Assembly (NCBI GenBank): GCA_002269645.1
Contig: NIVC01000208.1
Location: 124,001 to 188,000, forward strand
DNA length: 64,000 bases
DNA from: Macrostomum lignano
Taxonomy: Eukaryota
Direction of reading: 5' to 3'
Part shown: piece by piece, positions 28,336 to 39,981 of the stretch
Position numbering within the stretch: the stretch's first letter is position 1
Layout: each line of letters opens with the position of its first letter
The notes under the pieces: model-generated
Told to the model about the DNA's origin: nothing
The model's input: the letters and a program-made list of their open reading frames with translations, nothing else
The model's database searches: none
Translations under genes and position numbers: made by a program

Positions 28336-28569
28336 ATGAAGCCATCGTCGCAGGCCAGCGTCTCCTACCGACTCCGCGTCGTCTCCGGTTGCCCCGGAAA
28401 CGTGACCGACCTGTTTCAGGTTAACGGAACTCGAGACCCTCGCGTCTGCTCGGTGGAGTGCGCAGTGCGACCCAACTGCGCCGCCGTGTTCAAGCGAGAC
28501 GTCACTTGCTATCTGGCCACTGCCGCTCAGTATGAGGCGCTGTGGAGACCCCTGGACTGCAGCAGCGAG
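28336..28569 (+). pseudogene. P6: PAN exon 1 with the hydrophobic core of the signal peptide deleted in frame
   Basis: [78 protein letters not shown]|gtcagt. All six Cys are retained; exon 2 was not located. Confidence 0.7.
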
Positions 28570-30094
28570 GTCAGTCGGTCGCTCCGGCTTCTGTGTGATT
28601 TGAGTGATTCACTTGGGCAAGTATTCATTGTGAGACATTGAGCCAGTGCCTTTTTTGGTCGCTTAGGATCAGCTTCTTTCGGGTATTACTTAGTGAATAA
28701 CATTCAGTCTGAGACTGCTACCGCCCTGGAAACAGCCACTACTCGAGCTTCATCTAATAAGTGAGTTTGATCCGAACAAGCAATGTTTATCTTCCGTGCT
28801 CTGAAAGCCGAGCCTCCCTGGTAGCATGTATGTATTATTTTTGGCTTTATGCTTCCAGTTCCGGAGATTTCAGTTTTGGAGAGTTGTGTTCTGTAGATTC
28901 CATTTCAGCGGAAATGCATACACAAGTCAGCTTCAAAAGTACATGCATCTGATATCAGATAGGGTCAAATTGGTCTCTGCTAGAGCGTCCTTAGATCCGT
29001 GCATGTACAACCAAAGATCGCCCCGTTCTGTCACTAAGTTCAAAGCAAAACTCTCGATGTAGCCTGGGACATCTTCAAACAGCATGGTGAATAGCATTTA
29101 GCTCATATTTCTCACTGTGGATCCCCGACAACTGAAACAGAAGAAGCAGAAGAGGAAATAGGAAAACAAAGAAGAGAAGACAGAGAACCGGGCCGGATTG
29201 CTATTGTGAAATTTCAAGGAGCCGGGGCCGGATATAGAGAAGCTTTGCGGCCCGGAATTGCCCGACCCTTGCATTAGTAAGATAGAAAGTTTTCAGTTTT
29301 TGGCTCTAAACTAGCAATCTGTTTGGAAGGCAACAAAAAAAGAATAAACTTTCTTGAATAGGCTGCGTGTCAGGTTTTGAATTTGTAAAGTCGCTATTGT
29401 TAGTATTCAGAGGAAAATAATGTTGAAATATTAAAGCCTAAACCTAGGCTTGCTGGGAGCGGAAATTTACATAAAACTTTCTCTACATCTCAGAAGTAAA
29501 ATATTTTCGATAAAATTTCTTCAAGGAAGTAAAATTACTTGTCTAAATTCGAGATAAACGCTGCGAAGTCTGCATGCTTATGGCAATACTCGTAGTGTGA
29601 TTTTATTTGTTGTTGTTAAAACGCATTGACCTAAGCGGTCGCGGGTCAGCCCTTGGGGGGGGGGGGGCTCTGCCGCAATAAATATATTTATAAAATTTTT
29701 TTAAAACGAGTAAATTAATTTGCGAAATAGTATTTAATATTTATATAGTATTTAACTTTATGTGGTGTAAAACTAAAATCAATGAGATTGAAAATAAAAT
29801 AGAAGTAAAAAGTATTTTGTAATATTTTAATATTTTAAAATTTTGAGAAAATTTTGCTCAAGGAAGGAAAATATTAGGGATAAAAAACAGGGGAGGGGGT
29901 TCCTTATGAGCTGGGATGGATTTTTTAAAAACAATTTTTAAAAAGATATTTGTAGATATTGTAGAAATAAAAGAAACAATTTAATTGAAATTTGAAAGGA
30001 TTATTTGTTAGGCAGTCATAAATATGCATCTAATCAAGCTCGAAAAGAAAAAAGGAGTGAGCTGTGCATTGCTCCAGCCCAAATGGTGACACTT

Positions 30095-31549
30095 TAATTA
30101 TCTTACCATTCTTGTTTTTTGGTAATTTTTGAATTTATGAAGATTTTTGTAGCTTTTTTTCCCAAGATATTACTGTAAGTAGTGAACAGTCGAGGAAATA
30201 CCTGAGTCGGGTTCAGACGCTGAATGCGTGATTTTTTCGTGGGTATATAAAGGAAATCGAAACGTAGACAAGAGCACAGATAAGCAATTGTCACTGGGCA
30301 CAAGATAAGGGCCTTTCGAGGTCTGCCAGGTTAGAGTCTGCGAGCTCGATTCGGGTTCCTGGCTGAAATCGTCCCCGCGACTGAGTGACAATGCAGGATA
30401 GGTTATCCACAGTGTGGGACCTGAGCATCGATTCACCGTGTGGATCTAACTTGGGCGCCGTTCTGACTCTCTTCGGCAAGTTTTTTTTGCTTGTTGTTCG
30501 TTACCTTCACTATTGCTTAATGTTCTTTTTGCCTTATTTGCTAGTCTAAGTTGGGTCGAGGTTGCAGCGGCTGCCCGTTCCCTCTGTTTACCCCATAGCT
30601 TGTTTAAGATCGGGGGATTTCCCTGGGCTGCTCTGGGTAGTTCCGGTTCAATCCGAAAATCGTGAAGGTTTGCATTATGCGCCTTATTGAGCCAGCCGAT
30701 GCCCAGGTCTAGTATCCTATCTGCAACCATAGGCATTTCCGCTAGCTCATGTAAGAATTTAGTTTGCGTGTAACTGGGAGCACCATAGCATAATCTCAGG
30801 GCTAGATTTTGGGTTTGTTGGAGTTTGGTAATGCTGTCATTTCTGAGTACTTGGAGAATTGGTGCCCCATAGGTCATGGTGCTCTCAACATATGCTCTGT
30901 AGAGCATTTTTAGTGTCTCACTGCTGAGTTTAGTAAGTTTGGAGATTCGATGGATTGACATAACAAGTGCCCTGCATTTGGTGATTACAGCCTCACAGTG
31001 GGGTTTCAGGGTGAGTTTATAGTCAAGGTTGATGCCCAGAAATTTCACTTCTTTTTGGTAGATTAAGGACGCGTCACCTAGTTTCAGTTCTGGCCTAATG
31101 TCCCTTCTAGTCGGGTTCGCTGGGGCATAGGAAAAAACTATGGCTTGACTTTTACTAGCGTTTATTTTGATACCTTGTTCTCCGCACCAGGCCCAAAGGC
31201 TGTTTAGGTAGGGTTGAACTACATTTCGGAGTTCTCCGAAAGACTTGGCAGATGGCCAGATGGCCATGTCATCTGCAGATTGACTTTTCCTAATGTTTGG
31301 ACGACCCGTATGGGGCATTGTGCTAATGAAGAGCAGGTATAAGAAGGGGCTGAGTATACCTCCCTGGGGAACGCCTGCCATAATTTGAAACGAGTCACTA
31401 AGGATGTTGTTAACCTTGACCCGAAAACTCCTGTTCTCAAGGTAGTTGGAGCAGATCCTGGTGATGGCTGTTGGCAAGTCTACGTGGAACATTCTATACC
31501 TAATATAGTTGTGGACCATCGTGTCAAAGGCACCCTCCACATCGAGAAA
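30095..31549 (-). mobile_element. 5'-truncated LINE reverse transcriptase (Jockey/I-like group), RT motif A to C-terminus
   Basis: ORF 30446-31645 contains FLDVEGAFD, GVPQGGILSPFLY, SADD (for Y/FADD), KFLGINLD and the typical thumb region LYRAYVESTMTYG...LQQTQNLALR. The sequence upstream of FLD belongs to the adjacent inverted-repeat arm. The 3' boundary is approximate. Confidence 0.9.
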
Positions 31550-33461
31550 GCCCCCCACTCTTGTCAGATGGTCAGCCCCATGGTAGCTTGATCGTGTGGC
31601 GAGCAGTCTAGGTCCTATAGCTAAGAGAGGGACAGCGAGAGACAAGCAAGGAGAATTTTGAAGGTAGAAATTAGCTAATCCGCAGACTAAGCTAACTCGC
31701 TGCCACCAGCCCGTGCGTCCTGGCTCACCACACCGGGACTCTCGAAATCGGGCTTCCGACTAGAAGGGGCTTTGCACTTACCTGCCAACTAGTGTCTTTT
31801 TGCTGTCTATCTCTAAGTCATAGCCGATGATAAGGGACACTGCTGGGACTAGATCGCATTGGCCATGCAGGTACAGAGGGGACTTGTGCAGGGGTTTCTT
31901 GCAGTGGCGAGTCTATGGGGTAGCTACATGTACTATTATATTGCTAAATACGAAGATATGTACTTTTGGCCCTCAACGCGCCAACTAGCCTCTCATAGCG
32001 CTGATGATAGACTAACTCGAACTTCAGAGACCGCATGATTCATTACCCGAGCCGCTTGGCTAGCCTAGAGTGCACAAAGTACAGCTCTGGCGCCGATTCT
32101 GCACTTCTGGCAGTTTTGCTCACTGATTTGATAGATTGATCGACTGAGAACCGCCTCGCCATTGGTCCACTGTGACGGGCGCCTACTAGCTTAGCTACTC
32201 ATCTGAGCCATCGGCGAACAAAGAAATAAAACCGATAAAAATAACTGTCAGATTTAACCTTCTCCTTAAATCACTTCACACCTCAGATTGAATTGGAGTT
32301 TCAGACTACTAGCAGTATTATTAAGTGATTTCTGCCTCCGTAACAGCACTACTGAACAAAATGAGCAAAAGTGTGCGCCTAATCCAGCTACTGAAACAGG
32401 GGACAGACAGGGAATCACCCAATCAAGCAAGTCTAGGTAGCCTCTCACCCAACCAATCAGAAACTAAACAGCCGGAGACCAGGTAATCCACAGTGACCGA
32501 ATCGGCTTGATGCTCTGTAGCTGTAGACTCGGGATGATGCTGACACAATCTTCGCTGATAGCTAGCAGGTGATGATCTTCGCTTGATGTTCGCTGCTGAC
32601 GACCGGGTGATTCGTCCTTGATGATGATGGGGGGAAGTCGCAATCCGGGGATCAAGAAACGACGGTCGCGCTCCGGGAACCAGAAGTTGCGTGCTGGGCC
32701 CGAGCAAGTGAGAGATGCGTCCGAGCGGGCCAAAAACTCCGGTTTAAATAGCCGCCAACTGGACCGCAGTTTGTTATAACGGAACACGTCGATTCTGATT
32801 GGCTGAGCCGTTTTGTTTAAACGAGCGCCGAATTTTCTGATTGGCTAAGCTTGTTGCTACCCAGAATCACGTGACCGAGAGATCCTATCAGTTCCCACAA
32901 GGTCGTAAAAAGATGACAGGTGGGGCATAAATCACTCAAAATCGCAACAAAATGATTTATGACTTTTCGCGTAGGATTGACAGAAATTAATGAAAAAATA
33001 TACATTAGAAAGCTCTTATTAAATAGAAAGTGAAGATAATAAAGAGAAATTGCTAATCGCTAATCCCAAAGTACTTTTAGGGGTAAAACGCATAGCTGTC
33101 AAAGCTGTCACACGCTTGAGTGAATCCGAACAATAGGCTCTGACCTCATAAATCTTGATGGCCTGTCAAAATGATGAGAAAAAAGCTACCGCCCGCATCC
33201 TCTCAGACCATCTGGCGCCCGTCTCAACACTGAGTGAGGCGCAGGTGGCTGTCAGACCAGCTTCGAAAGCGATGATTTATGACCCAAAAAGCAATGCCTA
33301 TGTTATTATGACTACTAGTATGGCCAGACATTATATCTAGTATAGATTCTATGACAATTTGCAGAAAAAGGATAAAAATGCCCATTGCCCACTGTTAGTA
33401 GGCTAGTAAGTTCAGAGCCCATGTGCTGGCGCGGGATTTGGGAAAAAGTGCGTCCTCATCA
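31550..33461 (-). repeat. Left arm of a 1.9-kb inverted repeat (reverse complement of 36473-38388)
   Basis: End-to-end reverse-complement match with few substitutions; identical short ORFs appear on opposite strands (33155/36594, 32464/37228, 32266/37486). Confidence 0.95.
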
Positions 33462-34402
33462 GACAGACACACACAAGTGTGCAGAAGTAGAATTATCGCT
33501 GCTTGTCACGATTGGGTTGTCACCATATTGACATCCGATTGTTCTATGCTATTGTTCAACATTGTGAATAGCTTTCTTGCACGCATTCAAGCTTTGTGGA
33601 AAAACATTCACCTTGACATTTTGCGTGGATGCTGCTGAAAATTCCCACTGGGATTCAATCCTTCAAACTGCAGTGAACTGAAACAATAGGCTGAAAAATC
33701 TGAACGCCTCACTGAACGCCTCAGCTGAATTTGGCAATCGGGAACTACAACAGCAACGCATCATCTAGTGAAAGCAAAGCTGCTGCCATGCCAAGAGTTG
33801 AAACATTTTTACCACTTATTTTTTCACTGAAAGCTTCCTGCATCAATGAATTTCCCTGTTCACGTGACAATATTTTGTTGGCCTCCAAAAGAGTTTTTTT
33901 AATTTTCCAACAAAAAAATTCCCATGGAATTCTGTTCCGCATAAAAGCTGTGTCAGGTTGGTCGGTAATTTCCCCTTTTCACTCCATTAAGCAAAATTTT
34001 GACGTAATTGACGTCCGCCGGCTCGTCGCTGGCAAATGGGTATTTTTACAAATGCCTACAGATAACGACGTTATACTGCGGCTCAAGGTTCAGCGAAATG
34101 CAGAAGTTCTCATTTACCAGCAACTTTGTTTAGCCGTCAAAAAAGTTGTTCGAATTCGCCAACATTGAATTGGGTTGCCATATTTTTGAACAATGCGATA
34201 TAACGACACCAACTCGACTTCCCATGGCTACTACGTCGAGCATATATTTAATATTTCTGACCGTTTTAAACAATCTATGCAGTCATGAAATTGATTCGAC
34301 GGTGACTGTATATTAAATTCTCCCAATGCAACTGACCCAACGGAAAACGGATAACAAAAGTCTAATCAACCAAACATAGAACCTTATTGTCTGCGACTAA
34401 AG

Positions 34403-36008
34403 TCAAGGGCATGTGCCAGCGGACCAGCTTGTTCCGGGAGAGCACTGTCTCTGAATGTACTTAGAGTTGGAGCATTGCATATAATGAACATCACTGCTGC
34501 AATGCTGCTGGTATTTGCCTTCGATCCCGCAGTATTGATCTGCTGATGCGCACGCAGTGCTGCTTGCTGAAGCAGTGGTTGGGGCTGGAGCAGTGGTTGA
34601 GGCTGGAGCAGTGGTTGAGGCTGAAGCAGTGGCTGAGGCTGGAGCAGTGGCGGTGGTTGAGGCTGGATCACTGGCGGTGCTTGAGGCTGGAGCAGTGGCG
34701 GTGATTGAGGCTGGAGCAGTGGCGGTGCTTGAGGCTGGAGCAGTGGCGGTGCTTGAGGCTGGAGCAGTGGCGGTGGTTGATGCTGGATCACTGGCGGTGG
34801 TTGAGGCTGGAGCAGTTGTTGAGGCTGAAGCAGTGGCGGTGGTTGAGGCTGGAGCAGTTGTTGAGGCTGAAGCAGTGGCGGTGGTTGAGGCTGGAGCAGT
34901 GGTGGTGGTTGAGGCTGGAGCAGTGGTGGTTGTTGAGGCTGGAGCAGTGGCGGTGGTTGAGGCTGGAGCAGTTGTTGAGGTTGGAGCAGTGGCGGTGGTT
35001 GAGGCTGGAGCAGTGGCGGTGTTTGAGGCTGGAGCAGTGGCGGTGGTTGAGGCTGGAGCAGTGGCGGTGGTTGAGGCTGGAGCAGTGGCGGTGGTTGAGG
35101 CTGGAGCAGTGGCGGTGCTTGAGGCTGGAGCAGTGGCGGTGGTTGATGCTGGATCACTGGCGGTGGTTGAGGCTGGAGCAGTTGTTGAGGCTGAAGCAGT
35201 GGCGGTGGTTGAGGCTGGAGCAGTTGTTGAGGCTGAAGCAGTGGCGGTGGTTGAGGCTGGAGCAGTGGTGGTGGTTGAGGCTGGAGCAGTGGCGGTGGTT
35301 GAGGCTGGAGCAGTGGCGGTGCTTGAGGCTGGAGCAGTGGCGGTGGTTGATGCTGGATCACTGGCGGTGGTTGAGGCTGGAGCAGTTGTTGAGGCTGAAG
35401 CAGTGGTGGTGGTTGAGGCTGGAGCAGTGGCGGTGGTTGAGGCTGGAGTAGTGGTGGAGACAGAGTCAGTCTCAGCACTTTTTTCCTCAGTAGTGGTGGA
35501 TAGAAGCCGACCCTCAACGACCTACAAAAAGAGCGGCATTGGCTTGAAGCGTATCGCATTTTTATCTTTGTATTATAGACGTTGCTTTATATAAGTTGTT
35601 CTAGGAAATTTCAATGCAATACTTTTTGCATTCGCTCAGTTTGCAGTTTTGATTGTTATGTTGCCCCATTTGCCTCAAATTACCCAAAAACAATTTTTAA
35701 TCACAAAGCAAGATAGACCGACTGACCTCGCTGACGCAGTCCAGGGGTCTCCACAGCGCCTCATACTGAGCGGCAGTGGCCAGATAGCAGGTGTCGTCTC
35801 GCTTGAACACGGCGGTGCAGTTGGGTCGCATTGCGCACTCCACAGAGCAGACGCGAGGGTCTCGAACTCTGTTAACCTGAAAGAGGTCGGTCAGGTTTCC
35901 GGTGCAACCCGAGACGACGCGGAAGCGGACGCAGACTCCGGACGCGACGGACAGCAGGCTGAGCAGGCAGGAGGCCACAGACAGCATTCTGTGATGTGGC
36001 AGGTGCAT
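34403..36008 (-). CDS. PAN/Apple-mucin family copy P7: signal peptide + PAN-like + ~320-aa T/A/S/P stalk + 6-Cys chitin-binding-type-2-like module (466 aa)
   Basis: Exon 1 36008-35727 (94 codons). Exon 2 35521-34403 (tgtag|GTCGTTGAGGGT, VVEGRLL; ASTTATAP repeats; ends ACASADQYCGIEGKYQQHCSSDVHYMQCSNSKYIQRQCSPGTSWSAGTCP*). This frame is not in the ORF track because it lacks an upstream start codon without splicing. Confidence 0.85.
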
Positions 36009-36472
36009 CTTCTGAGATGTAAGGATCGAAATTTCGGTATGAATGGAGGTGTAGCTTTTAGAAGAGCTAATTATATTTTTAATTTAAACAACGCGTGTTT
36101 AATGTGTCGGTTGCTTATTCTTTGCCGATGGAATTGAAGAAAAATGTGTCCACCTTATGCTTCAAGCGACAAACCTCAGTTTTATCTTAGCTTTTTGACT
36201 GGCGTTTCACCGAGCAAAAGTTCTACGATAGGCTGAGGTTTGCGGACTTTCCGTTAGAGTACCAAAAGCTCTTGTATGTTCTATTTGAATCAATTTCTCG
36301 CATTGAATCGGCAGTTCTTAATGCCTGCTTTTCTTGATATTTTTATGGCAGGATGCTAAACGGGCTCAAACGATGCCACGCATTGGTACTTCTGGTAGAG
36401 ATGGAATATTGGTATTGGGAAGGCAAAGTATTGCGCGGCTAATTCTGTATGTGTAGTATAAATTCCATTTAA

Positions 36473-38388
36473 TGATGAGGACGCACTTTTTCCCAAATCC
36501 CGCGCCAGCACATGGGCTCTGAACTTACTAGCTTACTAACAGTGGGCAATGGGCATTTTTATCCTTTTTCTGCAAATTGTCATAGAATCTATACTAGATA
36601 TAATGTCTGGCCATACTAGTAGTCATAATAACATAGGCATTGCTTTTTGGGTCATAAATCATCGCTTTCGAAGCTGGTCTGACAGCCACCTGCGCCTCAC
36701 TCAGTGTTGAGACGGGCGCCAGATGGTCTGAGAGGATGCGGGCGGTAGCTTTTTTCTCATCATTTTGACAGGCCATCAAGATTTATGAGGTCAGAGCCTA
36801 TTGTTCAGATTCACTCAAGCGTGTGACAGCTTTGACAGCTATACGTTTTACCACTAAAAGTACTCTGGGATTAGCGATTAGCGATTTCTCTTCATTATCT
36901 TCACTTTCTATTTAATAAGAGCTTTCTAATGTATATTTTTTCATTAATTTCTGTCAATCCTACGCGAAAAGTCATAAATCATTTTGTTGCGATTTTGAGT
37001 GATTGATGGCCGCACCTGTCATCTTTTTACGACCCTGTGGGAACTGATAGGATCTCTCGGTCACGTGATTCTGGGTAGCAACAAGCTTAGCCAATCAGAA
37101 AATTCGGCGCTCATTTTAACAAAACGGCTCAGCCAATCAGAGTCGACGTGTTCCGTTATAACAAACTGCGGTCCAGTTGGCGGCTATTTAAACCGGAGTT
37201 TTTGGCCCGCTCGGACGCATCTCTCACTTGCTCGGGCCCAGCACGCAACTTCTGGTTCCCGGAGCGCGACCGTCGTTTCTTGATCCCCGGATTGCGACTT
37301 CCCCCATCATCATCAAGGACGAATCCCCCGGTCGTCAGCAGCGAACATCAAGCGAAGATCATCACCTGCTAGCTATCAGCGAAGATTGTGTCAGCATCAT
37401 CCCGAGTCTACAGCTACAGAGCATCAAGCCGATTCGGTCACTGTGGATTACCTGGTCTCCGGCTGTTTAGTTTCTGATTGGTTGGGTGAGAGGCTACCTA
37501 GACTTGCTTGATTGGGTGATTCCCTGTCTGTCCCCTGTTTCAGTAGCTGGATTAGGCGCACACTTTTGCTCATTTTGTTCAGTAGTGCTGTTGCTGAGGC
37601 AGAAATCACTTAATAATACTGCTAGTAGTCTGAAACTCCAATTCAATCTGAGGTGTGAAGTGATTTAAGGAGAAGGCTAAATCTGACAGTTATTTTTATC
37701 GGTTTTAGTTCTTTGTTCGCCGATGGCTCAGATGAGTAGCTAGCTAAGCTAGTAGGCGCCGGTCACAGTGGACCAATGGCAAGGCGGTTCTCAGTCGATC
37801 AATCAATCAAATCAGTGAGCAAAACTGCCAGAAGTGCAGAATCGGCGCCAGAGATGTACTTTGTGCACTCTAGGTTAGCCAAGCGGCTCGGGTAATGAAT
37901 CATGCGGTCTCTGAAGTTCGAGTTAGTCTATCATCAGCGCTATGAGAGGCTAGTTGGCGCGTTGAAGGCCAAAAGTACATATCTTCGTATTTAGCAATGT
38001 AATAGTACATGTAGCTACCCCATAGACTCGCCACTGCAAGAATCCCCTGCACAAGTCCCCTCTGTACCTGCATGGCCAATGCGATCTAGTCCCAGCAGTG
38101 TCCCTTATCATCGGCTATGACTTCGAGATTGACAGCAAAAAGACACTAGTTGGCAGGTAAGTGCAAAGCCCCTTCTAGTCGGAAGCCCGATTTCGAGAGT
38201 CCCGGTGTGGTGAGCCAGGACGCACGGGCTGGTGGCAGCGAGTTAGCTTAGTCTGCGGATTAGCTAATTTCTACCTTCAAATTTCTCCCTGCTTGTCTCT
38301 CGCTGTCCCTCTCTTAGCTATAGGACCTAGACTGCTCGCCACACGATCAAGCTACCATGGGGCTGACCATCTGACAGGAGTGGGGGGC
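36473..38388 (+). repeat. Right arm of the 1.9-kb inverted repeat; promoter/leader-like internal structure
   Basis: Matches 31550-33461. Contains tandem agccaatcag boxes (~37089, ~37131), gctatttaaa (~37183) and a GC-rich leader. Confidence 0.95.
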
Positions 38389-38996
38389 CAGGACTCTAAT
38401 TGATTTATTTCTGAGGCCTGAGGCCCGAAGGTTTCCTCACAAGGGGCCTGAAAGGTCGAAACCCATCATTAAGTATATTAAACTATTCAGGCAAGATGAC
38501 TAAGAGAGTAGAAATCGTCTACTGAAGAGTAGAAACTATTGAATGTGTCTTTAATATTGCTTTAGTCAATCTCCTGTTGGCTGGTATCATGTTTTAGTTT
38601 ATGGATGTTCTGCAGATAATTTCCTGCAGACGTTGACTACGGAACAACAACCAGAGTAACACTGGTCGTAGTCCTTGAAGACAGATCTATTTTTGGAATA
38701 TAATAGGTAAAACTGTAAAATATCCAACAGGCAAACATGACCCTACACCAAGACTGTAATGTTTATCATTGTTTCCATACTTGTAGCATGCAACTACATG
38801 TACATGTACAATCAAGTCTTCGCAGAGACGAAACGCTTCCTGGTCGATTTGGAAAGCCTCGAAACACCAAGCGACCCGTGAGTCGGCACCAAACGTCGAG
38901 GGCATCCAACGACAGCAGGATAAGCATTAGTTCCTGATGTGACAAGTGTCCGTCTGGTCATCTCAGGGCAAAAGTCTGTAGTGATGTGCGTGCCAA

Positions 38997-39358
38997 GGGG
39001 AGCCGTAGCCCAGCGGTAGCGCAGCTGCTCTGGTGTGCCAGCGACCCAGGCTCGATTCCAAGTGCAGTCACATTAATTTGGGGCTGAATTGGAATCTCGG
39101 CTTGGCTCTGCTCGTGCAATTAACGGCCTTGAGAGCCAACCCCCCAAGGCACAGTGAAGTGTACATGCCTAACGATAATATAAAGTTAGGGCCGCTGTAC
39201 ACTCCTGTGTGAGTGTGTGCCTGCGTACGTATCCGCGCGCTTGTATGCCTGCTCAGGGGAGTCGGTGGAATTGGCAGTAATGCCTCTCGCCGGTTGTGTG
39301 CCTATGTCGCTTAAAGTGCGCCAGGGTGCACACAACCCCCTGCCTCTAATAAAAAAAA
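38997..39358 (+). mobile_element. tRNA-derived SINE family 2, full length, 14-bp TSD
   Basis: A box TAGCCCAGCGG, B box GGCTCGATTCC, poly(A) tail; TSD GATGTGCGTGCCAA at 38983-38996 and 39359-39372. Confidence 0.9.
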
Positions 39359-39981
39359 GATGTGCGTGCCAACCGAAATTGAGGTTGCAGTTTTGCGCTA
39401 GGCGCTGATGGACAGGCGACTGAACTTGCAAAGTTTAGAAATATTTAAAAGTAGCATAAATAGCTACTTCAAATAGCATTGGCTTTTTTATACACAAAAG
39501 GAATCAACCTTATGCGCAAGGGAATGCTGTACCAGTGCATTTTTCTTGAAGCGTATGTCAACAACTGAAGCAGAAGAGTTTAAATGTACTAAACTTGTGA
39601 CATTTGACTATCCATCAATCAGTAAATAAATCGAATTTCTTCCATTTTAGCAAAAAAAGAGACAGGAATGCAGTGAATAGGAGAAAACAGCGCTTAAGGA
39701 ATTCAACTCAGCCATTTTTTATTGACGGCATTTTGAAATCTTGAGTAGCTTCTTATTTGAATTGAGAGAAGCATTCATGACATCATCATTGCCCACCTCT
39801 TTCAAACTTTTTGGGAACTAAAGCAAATAAAAAGATGGAAACCAGACATCTCTACAGCAGATGCTATCATCGAAGGTGCATGGTATTTTTCCTTGAATAA
39901 AATTTCGAAAACAAGTTCGGCATAATTCATTTTTGCTGATCACTTGAATCTTGTCGTAGTTAATTTGTAGTTTTCCTTTGA

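Noticed and set aside
38405-38470. Possible hammerhead ribozyme (stem ggcctgaaaggtc followed by GAAAC)
   Set aside because: The required CUGANGA core reads CTCACAA and stems I and III cannot be formed convincingly. An Infernal search with hammerhead models would settle it.
38766-38880. Short ORF MFIIVSILVACNYMYMYNQVFAETKRFLVDLESLETPSDP resembling a secreted peptide
   Set aside because: About 40 codons, no paralogue or splice support; likely chance.
23995-39070. tRNA genes at 23995, 18233 and 38997
   Set aside because: A/B boxes are present, but there is no complete acceptor stem. They continue into SINE bodies with tails and, for two of them, TSDs.
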